Source of the DNA: Polyangiales bacterium
GTDB taxonomy: Bacteria; Myxococcota_A; Polyangia; Polyangiales; Polyangiaceae
DNA length: 64,000 nt
NCBI GenBank assembly: GCA_038230375.1
Contig: JBBRNJ010000026.1
Coordinates: 36,683-100,682 of the forward strand
Reading direction: 5' to 3'
Shown here: positions 11,716 to 20,816 of the stretch, one piece after another
Numbering within the stretch: position 1 is the first letter of the stretch
Layout: every line of letters starts with the position of its first letter
Notes under the pieces: model-generated
The model's database searches: none
Seen by the model: the letters and a program-made list of their open reading frames with translations, nothing else
What the model was told of the DNA's origin: nothing
Translations under genes and position numbers: made by a program

Positions 11716-12382
11716 ATGATGGACCGCGTTCTCGCGTTGGTGGTGATCGGCATCCTTGCAACCGCGTGCACGGACATCTGCGAGGTCCGCGGCGGTCCCG
11801 ACCTCTATGGCGGCACCCAGTCGTTCATTGCAACGGTACCTTCGCTTCCGGCCGGCGCCGTCGGGACCACGCCTTCGACGGCGACCGTTGACTGGGATCC
11901 CTATGAGGAGCGGAGAAACGGTTGGGACCGCCATGCATGCGGCGACCTGGTTGCGGTCACCATCGTCACGCAGGGCTGCACGTTGGAGGGGGACGTCACG
12001 AGCCTGGTCTACGAGACCAAGACGTCCACGTCCAGCAAGGGACAGACGAACACCACCGGCGGTCGTTTCCTCTCCGCGACGGCGAACATCGCGTTTGGCA
12101 CCTGCACGCTGCCAATCGACGGAACGAGCACGGTGGTGAACCTCACACATGGATACGTAGCGTGGGACGACACGCGGACGATGCACATCACCACGACAGG
12201 GACCTCCGCGAACGGCGACGTCGTCACAGTGACCTTCGAGGGCGCCACCACGCGGCCCACGGAGAGCTGCGCCGTCGGCCAGCCAGGTGCCGGTGCGACG
12301 CCTCCGCCTTGGCTGCTCATCGCGTCCGCGGGCGTGCTCTTCGCGATGCGTCAGCTGCGTCGCCGCCGCGGCTCGCCGCGCG

Positions 12383-12399
<17 letters not shown>
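11716..12399 (+). CDS. Lipoprotein with C-terminal MYXO-CTERM-like sorting signal
   Basis: N-terminal 'VLALVVIGILATAC'. C-terminal 'SCAVGQPG...WLLIASAGVLFAMRQLRRRR'. Confidence 0.7.
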
Positions 12400-12832
<433 letters not shown>

Positions 12833-12845
12833 GGTCCAGCGTGCC

Positions 12846-13658
12846 TCACCTTCTCGTGTGCGCTTGCTCCAGGTTCCTTGCGAACGCAGCCTCGAACACG
12901 CCGTCCACACGGATCGAGTAGCGGAAGCGCGGGGCTCCGGCGACCCCGTGGTAGTCCATGTCGTTGAACCAGAAGATGGGCGCGTCGATCACGGTGTGGC
13001 TGCCGCCTTCCGCGTCCTTCAAGTACAGACCCTTGCCGCCGCGCGGATCGAAGCTGATGGACTGCGCGACCGCGAGCGCTGCGCCCGGCTCCGTGTCGCG
13101 ATGCGGCGGCGCGTGATCGTTCGGCTCGAGACCAAAGAGCACCGCGCGACCGATCTCCTTGAAGGGAAGGCTCCGGATGAACGCGACGGTCTTCGGCAGG
13201 CGCTCGCACGCGGACTCGTCGAAGGCCTTGCCGCTGCCGTGGTGCTTGTCTTCCCAGCGATCGTTCTCGAGCACGTGAAAGCAGACCTTCCAGGGGAAGT
13301 ACACGCCGTGACGGAACGAGAGGAAGCGCATCTGCGCCATGGTGAACGGGCGATCGGTCTCGTCGCCGAAGGCCAGCGGCGCGTCAATCGCGAGCTCCGG
13401 ATCGTCGCCCAGCGCGACGAAGCGTCGGAGCTCCTCGCGCGAGAACTTCTCGATCGCGTGCATCGCGTCCACGTAGCCGTCGTCCATCGCCCACGGAGCC
13501 ACCACGCCCATCCACTTCAGCGTCGCGCCCGTGTAGCTCGTCTCCAGCGTGGGAAGCGCCAGGCTTATCTCCTCGTCCAGCGCGGCGAAGCACGACGTGT
13601 CGATGAACGGCGACAGATCGATGAACGGCCGTCCCCAGATGCCAACGAGCTTGCTCAT
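12846..13658 (-). CDS. Fe(II)/2-oxoglutarate-type (cupin/DSBH) oxygenase-like protein, Asp/Asn beta-hydroxylase-like
   Basis: 'HAPPHRD' (HxD), 'YHGV' and 'RYSIRVDG' give the facial-triad and 2OG-binding Arg pattern. Confidence 0.6.
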   Translation of the reverse strand: MSKLVGIWGRPFIDLSPFIDTSCFAALDEEISLALPTLETSYTGATLKWMGVVAPWAMDDGYVDAMHAIEKFSREELRRFVALGDDPELAIDAPLAFGDETDRPFTMAQMRFLSFRHGVYFPWKVCFHVLENDRWEDKHHGSGKAFDESACERLPKTVAFIRSLPFKEIGRAVLFGLEPNDHAPPHRDTEPGAALAVAQSISFDPRGGKGLYLKDAEGGSHTVIDAPIFWFNDMDYHGVAGAPRFRYSIRVDGVFEAAFARNLEQAHTRR

Positions 13659-14803
13659 CCCGCGCCGCTCGCAGTGCCCAGGTGCCGCTGGGCGACCAGC
13701 TGCTCGAAGGCGTGCACGCCCTCGTCCACGGTCGTGTAGGGCCCGGGCTCGAAGCCGAGCGAGCTCACGCCCACCTGCTGTGCCTCACAGATCGCCTTGT
13801 CCTGCGCATTGATCGCGTCCCATAGATCGAAGACGTCTGCGAACGACTCCTCTTTTGCGGCCGGATGAAACAGTACGTCGGCGACGACGCGTGTGCGCGT
13901 CGCGGACAGCGGCTCCAGGCGATAGGTCAGCAAGTAGTCCGGTTGGAGGCTCGTGAGCAGCGTAGGGAAGAGCATCGCGTCGTACACCCGCGCCGCCTCC
14001 TCGCGGACGATCCGCGGCCGCCCTTGCAGCTTTCCGGATCGCGACACGGTCTCTGCCTCTATCTCCATCGTGCCGCCGAGCCACTGCGAGCCTGTTGGGT
14101 GATGCGTCATCGCGTTTGCGGTGGGCGTCAGCTTCTCCAGCTCCGGATGAACGCGCGTGAAGTGGTGCGACTCCTGGAAGTTCGCGACGAGCAATTTCCA
14201 GTTCGCACAAGTCTCCCAGCGCGTGGTCCGACCGCGAACCAGATGCCCGAGCGGAGTCTGCACGAGCCATGGCGGCAGCGTCCCCATCCACGCCGTGAGG
14301 GGTTGAGCATCACGGTCGCGCGTCGCGAAGACGAAGCCTTGCCAGGTACAGGCGCGGAGCGGACGCAGCCCGTGCGCTTCACGCGCGAAGCCCGGCGGCG
14401 TGTGCGGCGCCGAAAGGAGGTGTCCCGACGTGCCGTACGTCCACCCGTGATACTGGCACGTGATCTTCTGGCAGCGCCCGCTCTCGCTCGAAAGGAGCGG
14501 GACGCCGCGATGCACGCATAGGTTGTAGAATGCACGCAATTCGAGATCGTCGCCACGCATCGCGATCACCGAATCGCAGGCGATCTCGGCGGTGATCCAG
14601 GAGCCCGGCGCCATGACGTCGCTCTCGCGCCCAAGGCACGTCCAGCCCGCGGCCAGGATGGCGCGCCGCTCGAACGCGAGCACGGCGTCGTCGGTGTACG
14701 CGGCCGCCGGAAGCGAGCGCGCTTCGCCCAGCGGCAAGAGCACGCGCGCCACGGCCTCCGGATCCAGCGGTGACTGCTTCGAACGGCAGAGGCCCTGGCT
14801 CAC
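13655..14803 (-). CDS. Rieske non-haem iron oxygenase alpha subunit (choline monooxygenase/GbcA-like group)
   Basis: Rieske 'CVHRG...CQYHGW'. Mononuclear Fe ligands 'NFQESHHFTRVH' and 'QDKAICE'. Confidence 0.9.
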   Translation of the reverse strand: MSQGLCRSKQSPLDPEAVARVLLPLGEARSLPAAAYTDDAVLAFERRAILAAGWTCLGRESDVMAPGSWITAEIACDSVIAMRGDDLELRAFYNLCVHRGVPLLSSESGRCQKITCQYHGWTYGTSGHLLSAPHTPPGFAREAHGLRPLRACTWQGFVFATRDRDAQPLTAWMGTLPPWLVQTPLGHLVRGRTTRWETCANWKLLVANFQESHHFTRVHPELEKLTPTANAMTHHPTGSQWLGGTMEIEAETVSRSGKLQGRPRIVREEAARVYDAMLFPTLLTSLQPDYLLTYRLEPLSATRTRVVADVLFHPAAKEESFADVFDLWDAINAQDKAICEAQQVGVSSLGFEPGPYTTVDEGVHAFEQLVAQRHLGTASGAG

Positions 14804-15381
14804 GACAGCGCCTCGACGACCCAGCGCACAACGCGCGCGTCGCTCACCATCAGCTTGTGGAGGGGGACGTTGAAGGTCCTGTTCTCCTTTGCGGCCGGGA
14901 TGATCGAGCTCGTGCTCGGGAGGATCATGAGATCGAACGGCGTACGCGCCGCGAAGACCTCCACGTCTCCGTAGGGCTCGGTGTCGGCCGCGAGATCGCG
15001 GAGGAGCTCACTTCCGCGTCGCATCTGCCGCGCGCCCGGCGTCCATCCGAGCGCGCCGAACACGGTGCCTTCATGCGGGCCCGAGAGAGAGACGAACCTG
15101 CGCACGCTTCGCTTGCCGCCGCCGCGCTGGATGAAGAAGCGGCTCACGAGCGCGCCCATGCTGAAGCCGAGGAGGTCGACGCGTTCGTTGCCGGAGGCCT
15201 CCTGCGCGCGCGCGACTGCGGCGGCAACGTCCTCGGCCATGGAAGCGATCGACCTCGAACCGTCTGGCGGCACGAGGTCGATGGGGTCCACGGATTTTCC
15301 GGCGGCGATGAGCGCTGCGCCTAGCTTTTCGAAGATCTTCCCGTTGTCCCAGATGCCGTGCACCAGAACGACGGGAGTCAT
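14800..15381 (-). CDS. Small alpha/beta-hydrolase (lipase/esterase)
   Basis: 'PVVLVHG', nucleophile elbow 'GFSMG', 'PFDLMI', C-terminal His. Confidence 0.88.
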   Translation of the reverse strand: MTPVVLVHGIWDNGKIFEKLGAALIAAGKSVDPIDLVPPDGSRSIASMAEDVAAAVARAQEASGNERVDLLGFSMGALVSRFFIQRGGGKRSVRRFVSLSGPHEGTVFGALGWTPGARQMRRGSELLRDLAADTEPYGDVEVFAARTPFDLMILPSTSSIIPAAKENRTFNVPLHKLMVSDARVVRWVVEALS

Positions 15382-15385
15382 GGAA

Positions 15386-16678
15386 TTACTTGCCGCGCTT
15401 GTCGACCGGGACGTACTGGCGCTCCGTGGCGCCCGTGTAGATCTGACGGGGACGGCCGATCTTCGTTGTGGGGTCCTCCATCATCTCCTTCCAGTGGGCG
15501 ATCCAGCCGGGGAGCCGACCAATGGCGAAGAGCACGGTGAACATCGTGGTGGGGAAGCCCAGCGCGCGATAGATGATGCCCGAGTAGAAGTCGACGTTCG
15601 GGTAGAGCTTGCGCTCCACGAAGTAGCTGTCCTTCAGCGCCGCGTCCTCGAGCTGCTTCGCGATGTCCAGCAGCGGGTCGTTGATGCCCAGCTTGCCGAG
15701 CACCTTGTCCGCAGCGGCCTTGATGATCTTGGCGCGCGGGTCGAAGTTCTTGTAGACGCGGTGGCCAAAGCCCATGAGGCGGAAGCTGCCGTTCTTGTCC
15801 TTCGCGGCCTCCACGTACTTCTTCACGTTGCCGCCATCCTTGCGGATGATCTCGAGCATCTCGATGACTTCCTGGTTCGCGCCGCCATGCAGCGGGCCCC
15901 AGAGCGCGAGGATGCCAGCAGCGATCGATGCGAACAGGTTCGCGCGCGAGCTACCGACCAGGCGCACCGTGGACGTGGAGCAGTTCTGCTCGTGGTCCGC
16001 ATGCAAGATGAAGAGGAGGTTCATCGCCGCCTCGACGTCGGGGTCGACCTCGTACGGCTCCGCGGGGACGCTGAACATCATGTTCAGGAAGTTCGCCGCG
16101 TATTTCAGGTGGTTCTGCGGATAGACGAACGGCTGACCGATCGACTTCTTGTACGCATACGCCGCGATGGTGCGGACCTTGGAGATGAGCCGCGCGATCG
16201 TGATATCGAGCTGCTCCGTGTCGGAGATGTCGTGCTCTTCCGGGTAGTACGTGGAGAGCGAGCACACCATGGCCGAGAGCACCGCCATCGGGTGGGCGGT
16301 CGACGGGAAGCCGTCGAAGAAGTGCTTCATGTCCTCGTGGATGAGCGAGTGACGCGTGAGCAGGTTCGAGAACTTGTGGAGCTTCTGCTCCGACGGGAGC
16401 TCTCCATAGATGAGGAGGTACGCTGTCTAGACGAAGGTGCTCTTCTCCGCCATCTGCTCGATGGGGATGCCGCGATAGCGAAGGATGCCCTTCTCGCCGT
16501 CGAGGAACGTGATGGCGCTCTTCGTGGACGCGGTGTTCATGAACGCCGGATCCAGCGTCACGAGCCCCGTCTTCGCGCGAAGGTTCGCGACGTCGATCCC
16601 CTTCTCGTTCTCGGTCCCGACAATGAGCGGCGCTTCGAACTTTGTGCCGCTGTAGTTGATCTCGACTTTATCGGTCAC
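15386..16678 (-). pseudogene. gltA: Type II citrate synthase interrupted by a single in-frame TAG (16427-16429)
   Basis: GGAGG plus GTG at 16678. 'TLDPAFMNTASTKSAITFLDGEKGILRYRG...KSTFV*TAYLLIYGELP' continues in frame to 'HADHEQNCST', 'LHGGANQ', 'GFGHRVYK', 'PNVDFYSG'. About 430 codons in total. Confidence 0.9.
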
Positions 16679-16758
16679 GATGGCCTCCGAATGGGTCCGG
16701 CGATATCTCACGGGGACGTGTCACGCAGCGCGTCACGATCGTGTGTAGGGCATTTGCG

Positions 16759-17544
16759 TCACGATTTCCAGCGCCGACGCTCGTCTGCCTGAAGGAGGCC
16801 AAGACGACGCTGCTCCTGAACGAGCGCTCCGTATGAGCGGGGGACCCGCGGATCGCGTCCCAGTGCGAAGAGCACCATCAGCGCGGCCTCCGCGTCGTCG
16901 GACGCCCGGTGGGCCTGCTCGAGCTTCACTCCAAGGCGCGCCGCGACGTCCCCAAGGGTGCGCGAGCGCTCGCCGGACTGGATGTCGCGGGCCCAGACCA
17001 GCGGATCCAGCCAGTCCACCTCGCGACGGAGCCCCGGCGAGTTCTTGATCCCAGCGATGGGCGCGATGTTGGCGCGCGCGAACTCGTTGTGGATGAACGC
17101 GCGATCGAACTGAGCGTTGTAGGCGGCGGGCACGCAGCCCTCGAGCGCGGTCCGGATCTCGTGGGCGATCATCTCGAACCGCGGCGAGTTCGCCACGTCG
17201 GCGTCCTTGATGCCATGGATCGCGGAGGACTCCTCGGGGATCGGACAACCTGGATGGATCAGCCAGTTGTAGCGGGCGATCACGACGCCCTTCTTGCCGA
17301 CCGCGATACCGACCTCGATCACGCGCGCGCTGGACGCATCCACGCCGGTGGTCTCCACGTCCAGGAGCGCGATCGGGATCTCGTCCCAGATGTCGTCCGC
17401 GATGAACTCGTCCGCGATGCCACGGATGACCACCTTGAGCAGGTGCGCGATGCCCGGGTAGTGACGGCCCGTCGGAAAACAGCCGCAGCCGTCGCTCGCA
17501 ACGGCCTTCAAGAGGCGCCGCTCACAAGCTTGGGGCTCGTCCAC
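16759..17544 (-). CDS. DEDDh 3'-5' exonuclease (DnaQ/epsilon-like)
   Basis: ExoI 'LDVETTG', ExoII 'YNAQFDRAFI', ExoIII 'HRASDDA'. Confidence 0.9.
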   Translation of the reverse strand: MDEPQACERRLLKAVASDGCGCFPTGRHYPGIAHLLKVVIRGIADEFIADDIWDEIPIALLDVETTGVDASSARVIEVGIAVGKKGVVIARYNWLIHPGCPIPEESSAIHGIKDADVANSPRFEMIAHEIRTALEGCVPAAYNAQFDRAFIHNEFARANIAPIAGIKNSPGLRREVDWLDPLVWARDIQSGERSRTLGDVAARLGVKLEQAHRASDDAEAALMVLFALGRDPRVPRSYGALVQEQRRLGLLQADERRRWKS

Positions 17545-17548
17545 ATGT

Positions 17549-18544
17549 TCATCGCTTGCCGGAGTCTGCGGGCACCATCATGCTCGGGCCAGATGCAGAG
17601 GGAGCGGCGGATGAAGGGGCGACGGGCTTCGGCGCCTCGATCTTCTTGCCGCCCATGCCACCCATCATGGAGAGCTCGAGCGCAAACCAGTCAGACAGGT
17701 CTTGCTGCGGATCGTACTCGCGCCCGTTGATGTAGATGGTGGGCGTGCCCTTCACCTCGAGCGCGTCGGCGGCCTTGCGATCACGCTCGAGCCGGTCCGC
17801 CGTGTCCTTGGACTGCATGTCCGCATGGAAGCGCGTGATGTCCAGGCCAAGGTCCTTCGCGTAGCTGTCCAGGTCCGCCTGCTCCAGGTTCAACTGGTGC
17901 GAGTAGATCTTGTGGTGCATCGGCCAGAACTTGCCCTGGCGATGCGCGGCGATGGCGGCGCGCGCGGCGGGCTCCGCGTGCGTGTGGCCCTTGAGCGGCA
18001 TGAACTTGTAGACGAAGCGCACATCGTTCGCGCGGTCATCCACGGCCTTGTCCAGGCGCGGCGCCATCAGGCCGCAGTGCGGGCACTCGAAGTCGGCGAA
18101 CTCCACCATGACGATGGCAGCGTTCTCCGGTCCGCGCGAGGGCGACTCGTCGATGATGACGTTCTTGATCTTCGCCGCGTCGAAGCGGTTCTTGAACGAG
18201 GTCTCGACCTGCTCACGTGCCTCGCCGTCGCGCACGCTCCGCAGGATGTATTTGGCGGCGGGCACGCACTTGTCGCACGCGCGCTTCTCCTTCACGCACT
18301 GAGCGACCGACACCGGCGTGTCTGCGCACGGCGCCAGGAACTGGCCGACGTAGGCGGACCACTCCTTCTTCTCGCGCGGCGTGAGCATGCTCGTGTCGAC
18401 GCCGTCGAGCGTGACGTCTGCGCCAGTGGTGTCGCTCGCGCCGGGGTCCTTTGTCACGTCGCCACCAGAGGACTGGCCGCGACAGGTGGAGCCGTAGAGG
18501 GCGAGGGAAGCAGTGAGGACGATGCCCGCGATGCGAAGAGCCAT
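17549..18544 (-). CDS. Exported DsbA/thioredoxin-fold disulfide oxidoreductase
   Basis: 'EFADFECPHC' and cis-Pro loop 'GTPTIYING'. Signal/lipoprotein N-terminus. Confidence 0.9.
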   Translation of the reverse strand: MALRIAGIVLTASLALYGSTCRGQSSGGDVTKDPGASDTTGADVTLDGVDTSMLTPREKKEWSAYVGQFLAPCADTPVSVAQCVKEKRACDKCVPAAKYILRSVRDGEAREQVETSFKNRFDAAKIKNVIIDESPSRGPENAAIVMVEFADFECPHCGLMAPRLDKAVDDRANDVRFVYKFMPLKGHTHAEPAARAAIAAHRQGKFWPMHHKIYSHQLNLEQADLDSYAKDLGLDITRFHADMQSKDTADRLERDRKAADALEVKGTPTIYINGREYDPQQDLSDWFALELSMMGGMGGKKIEAPKPVAPSSAAPSASGPSMMVPADSGKR

Positions 18545-18598
18545 GGGAATGCGCGCGAGCTTAGCAAAAACCGCTGGCGGTCGGCGACCAGCAAGTCG

Positions 18599-19096
18599 TC
18601 ATTCGGACACCATCACCAGGTTGATGCTCCCGAGCGCGGAAACACCGCCGATCGCGCCCACGCCGCCCTCGAGCGTGAACGTCGGGACGCCCCCCGGGAA
18701 AGCCAGGCCTCCCGACCCGATCGAGAGGCGCGCGGGGCCTTGGGGCAGCGCGAGCGTGCATACCTGCCCGCCCACGATGACCGCAGGCACCGGGTCGTCG
18801 CCCTCATGCTCGTCCAGCGGCTGGAGACGAACAAAGACCCTGCAGCCGAGCACCTCGACCGGGAACTCTTCCTGGTCGTACGTGCAAGACCGCGTGTAGT
18901 CGCTGATGGTGAGCGTCTCCTGCGAGCTGTTCACTGCGGGCGCATCGCCGCTGAGCACTAACGTGGTGGACAGCGAACCGTGAACCAGCGTCTTCGTCCC
19001 GCGCGCAATGCACGAGTCCTCCGGCATGCCCGCGCAGCCGGTCGCAGCCACGATCGCGCAGAGCGCCAGGACGGCAAGGGGGCCGTGAGCGCGCAT
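18599..19096 (-). CDS. Small lipoprotein
   Basis: Lipobox 'AATGC'. ATG overlaps the upstream stop. Confidence 0.65.
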   Translation of the reverse strand: MRAHGPLAVLALCAIVAATGCAGMPEDSCIARGTKTLVHGSLSTTLVLSGDAPAVNSSQETLTISDYTRSCTYDQEEFPVEVLGCRVFVRLQPLDEHEGDDPVPAVIVGGQVCTLALPQGPARLSIGSGGLAFPGGVPTFTLEGGVGAIGGVSALGSINLVMVSE

Positions 19097-19872
19097 CAGA
19101 AGTCCGCGCGGAGGCCGACGGCAACGCCGTTGAACCATCCTTCCTCGTAGATGTTCGTTCCACCGGTGAGGCAGCCCCAGGTCGTGGAGTCCTCGAACAG
19201 CACGAGCTTGCTCCGCGCGCACGCGGCGGCCTCGAGGCGGGCGAAGCCGTGGAGGTCGCCGATCATGCCATCCGTCGCAGGTCCGGTGCCGCCGCTGACA
19301 CGCGCGCTGGACCAGAGCGAGGACATGCCCCAGTCGAACTTGAGGGCGAGCTTCGCCTTCCCGGAGGGCGTGATTCCCTGCACGCCAACGCCCAGGACGC
19401 CGACGTCCAGCTTGTGCAGCTCGTCGCGCGTGACCTGCACGGTCTCTCCGTTCGCGTTCGCGGCGAGCGAGCTCCCGCCCGCGGTCTGCATGTACGAGAC
19501 CTCCGCGAGCTCCACCAGGAACGAGCCGGAGCGACCCGTGAGCCCGAGCCGCCCGCCGTAGAACCAGCTCGCGTTCGGCGGGGCCGCGACGCCCACCGCG
19601 CGATGTGCAGTCGTGGAGCCGTTCACGCCGAAGCGCGGCAGCGACATGTTCATGGTCGCAACGCCGAGCGAGAGCATGCCTTCGTCCTGCCCCTCGTCCA
19701 GGGTGAACCAGTGGCGCGCGGGCGGGCGCTGCGCCGTGATGGGCGTGTCCGCGCGCGCATCGCCCATGACGCCGGTCATCAGAAGAGACAACATGCAGAA
19801 TGCACCCATGCCCGAGAGCCCCGAGAGCGATCGCCTGCGTCGCAGGCGTCGTAGCGTCAACGCTGTTCCCAC
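19096..19872 (-). CDS. Exported protein, probable small outer-membrane beta-barrel
   Basis: Signal peptide ends 'ARA'. Amphipathic strands. C-terminal 'VGLRADF' with terminal Phe. Confidence 0.6.
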   Translation of the reverse strand: MGTALTLRRLRRRRSLSGLSGMGAFCMLSLLMTGVMGDARADTPITAQRPPARHWFTLDEGQDEGMLSLGVATMNMSLPRFGVNGSTTAHRAVGVAAPPNASWFYGGRLGLTGRSGSFLVELAEVSYMQTAGGSSLAANANGETVQVTRDELHKLDVGVLGVGVQGITPSGKAKLALKFDWGMSSLWSSARVSGGTGPATDGMIGDLHGFARLEAAACARSKLVLFEDSTTWGCLTGGTNIYEEGWFNGVAVGLRADF

Positions 19873-20001
19873 GTGCTTACGACACGCGAGAGCCCGGGAA
19901 ACTTCGGCCCCGGTTGCGAAAGCGCGCGACCTTGGCCCTTCTTAATGCGGCCGTCACGAAACCCGCGATTTTTTCGGGGAGAGTGCTAGCTTCCCGTCGC
20001 T

Positions 20002-20805
20002 GTGCGGAGCACTGTTTTTCGCTTCGAAGATTTCACCGCGCTGGCGCTGGCGCTCAAGGACGCTGACGGCTCCGAGCTTCCCGCGCCCGAGGGGGAGACC
20101 GGGCCGGACGGCGAATGGGTCCTCGCGATCTTCGAGGTCGGCGAGCGCCGCAAGGCCACGGCGGCCGCCTCGCGCATCGCCGTGAAGGAGGGCAAGCGCG
20201 TCGTCCTCTTCGAGGAGCGTGACTGGGAGCGCCTCATGACGTTCGCCTTCGCCAGGAGCGGGCACTTCAAGGCCTCCATCCAGGCGAACGGCCGTCCTGG
20301 ACTGTCCGGTGCCACCAGCTCCTCCAACTTCCCGGTGCTCTCCGCGGACGACACTGCGCCTCCGCCCACGTCCTTTCGGGACACACCGCCGGTGTCGAGC
20401 CGCATTCCGAATGCGCGCGTGCTCATCGTGGACGACGACGACACCACACGAGACTTCGTCACGAAGACGCTCGAAGGCCTCGCACTCAACGTGGTCGCCA
20501 TGTTGACCGCGGACGACGGCTCGGCAGCGCTCGCAACGCGCACCTTCGATCTGGTCGTGGTGGATTTCGGGCTGCCGCGTGGCGCGGGGCTCTCGCTGGT
20601 TCGCGCGCTGCGCAAGGCGGAGAGCACGGCGCAGACGCCCGTCCTGTTCGTGGCCGAGCCCGGCGGCTCGCGTGACGCGGTGGAGGCCTTCGCAAGCGGC
20701 GCGGACGACTTCGTGACCAAGCCGCTGCGCGCATCGGAGCTCTCCGCACGCATCGTGGGGCTCTTGCGCCGCGCGCGCACCTCGCAACCCCCGGAGAAGC
20801 GGTAG
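20002..20805 (+). CDS. Response regulator (unknown N-terminal domain plus C-terminal REC)
   Basis: 'RVLIVDDDD', 'DLVVVDFGLP', 'GADDFVTKP'. Confidence 0.85.
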   Translation: MRSTVFRFEDFTALALALKDADGSELPAPEGETGPDGEWVLAIFEVGERRKATAAASRIAVKEGKRVVLFEERDWERLMTFAFARSGHFKASIQANGRPGLSGATSSSNFPVLSADDTAPPPTSFRDTPPVSSRIPNARVLIVDDDDTTRDFVTKTLEGLALNVVAMLTADDGSAALATRTFDLVVVDFGLPRGAGLSLVRALRKAESTAQTPVLFVAEPGGSRDAVEAFASGADDFVTKPLRASELSARIVGLLRRARTSQPPEKR

Positions 20806-20816
20806 CGGCGAACGGC

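Noticed and set aside
16427..16429. Genome-wide TAG recoding or pyrrolysine use
   Set aside because: TAG is the natural terminator of several full-length genes in the window, the position is a conserved Glu one substitution away, and no pyl genes are visible.
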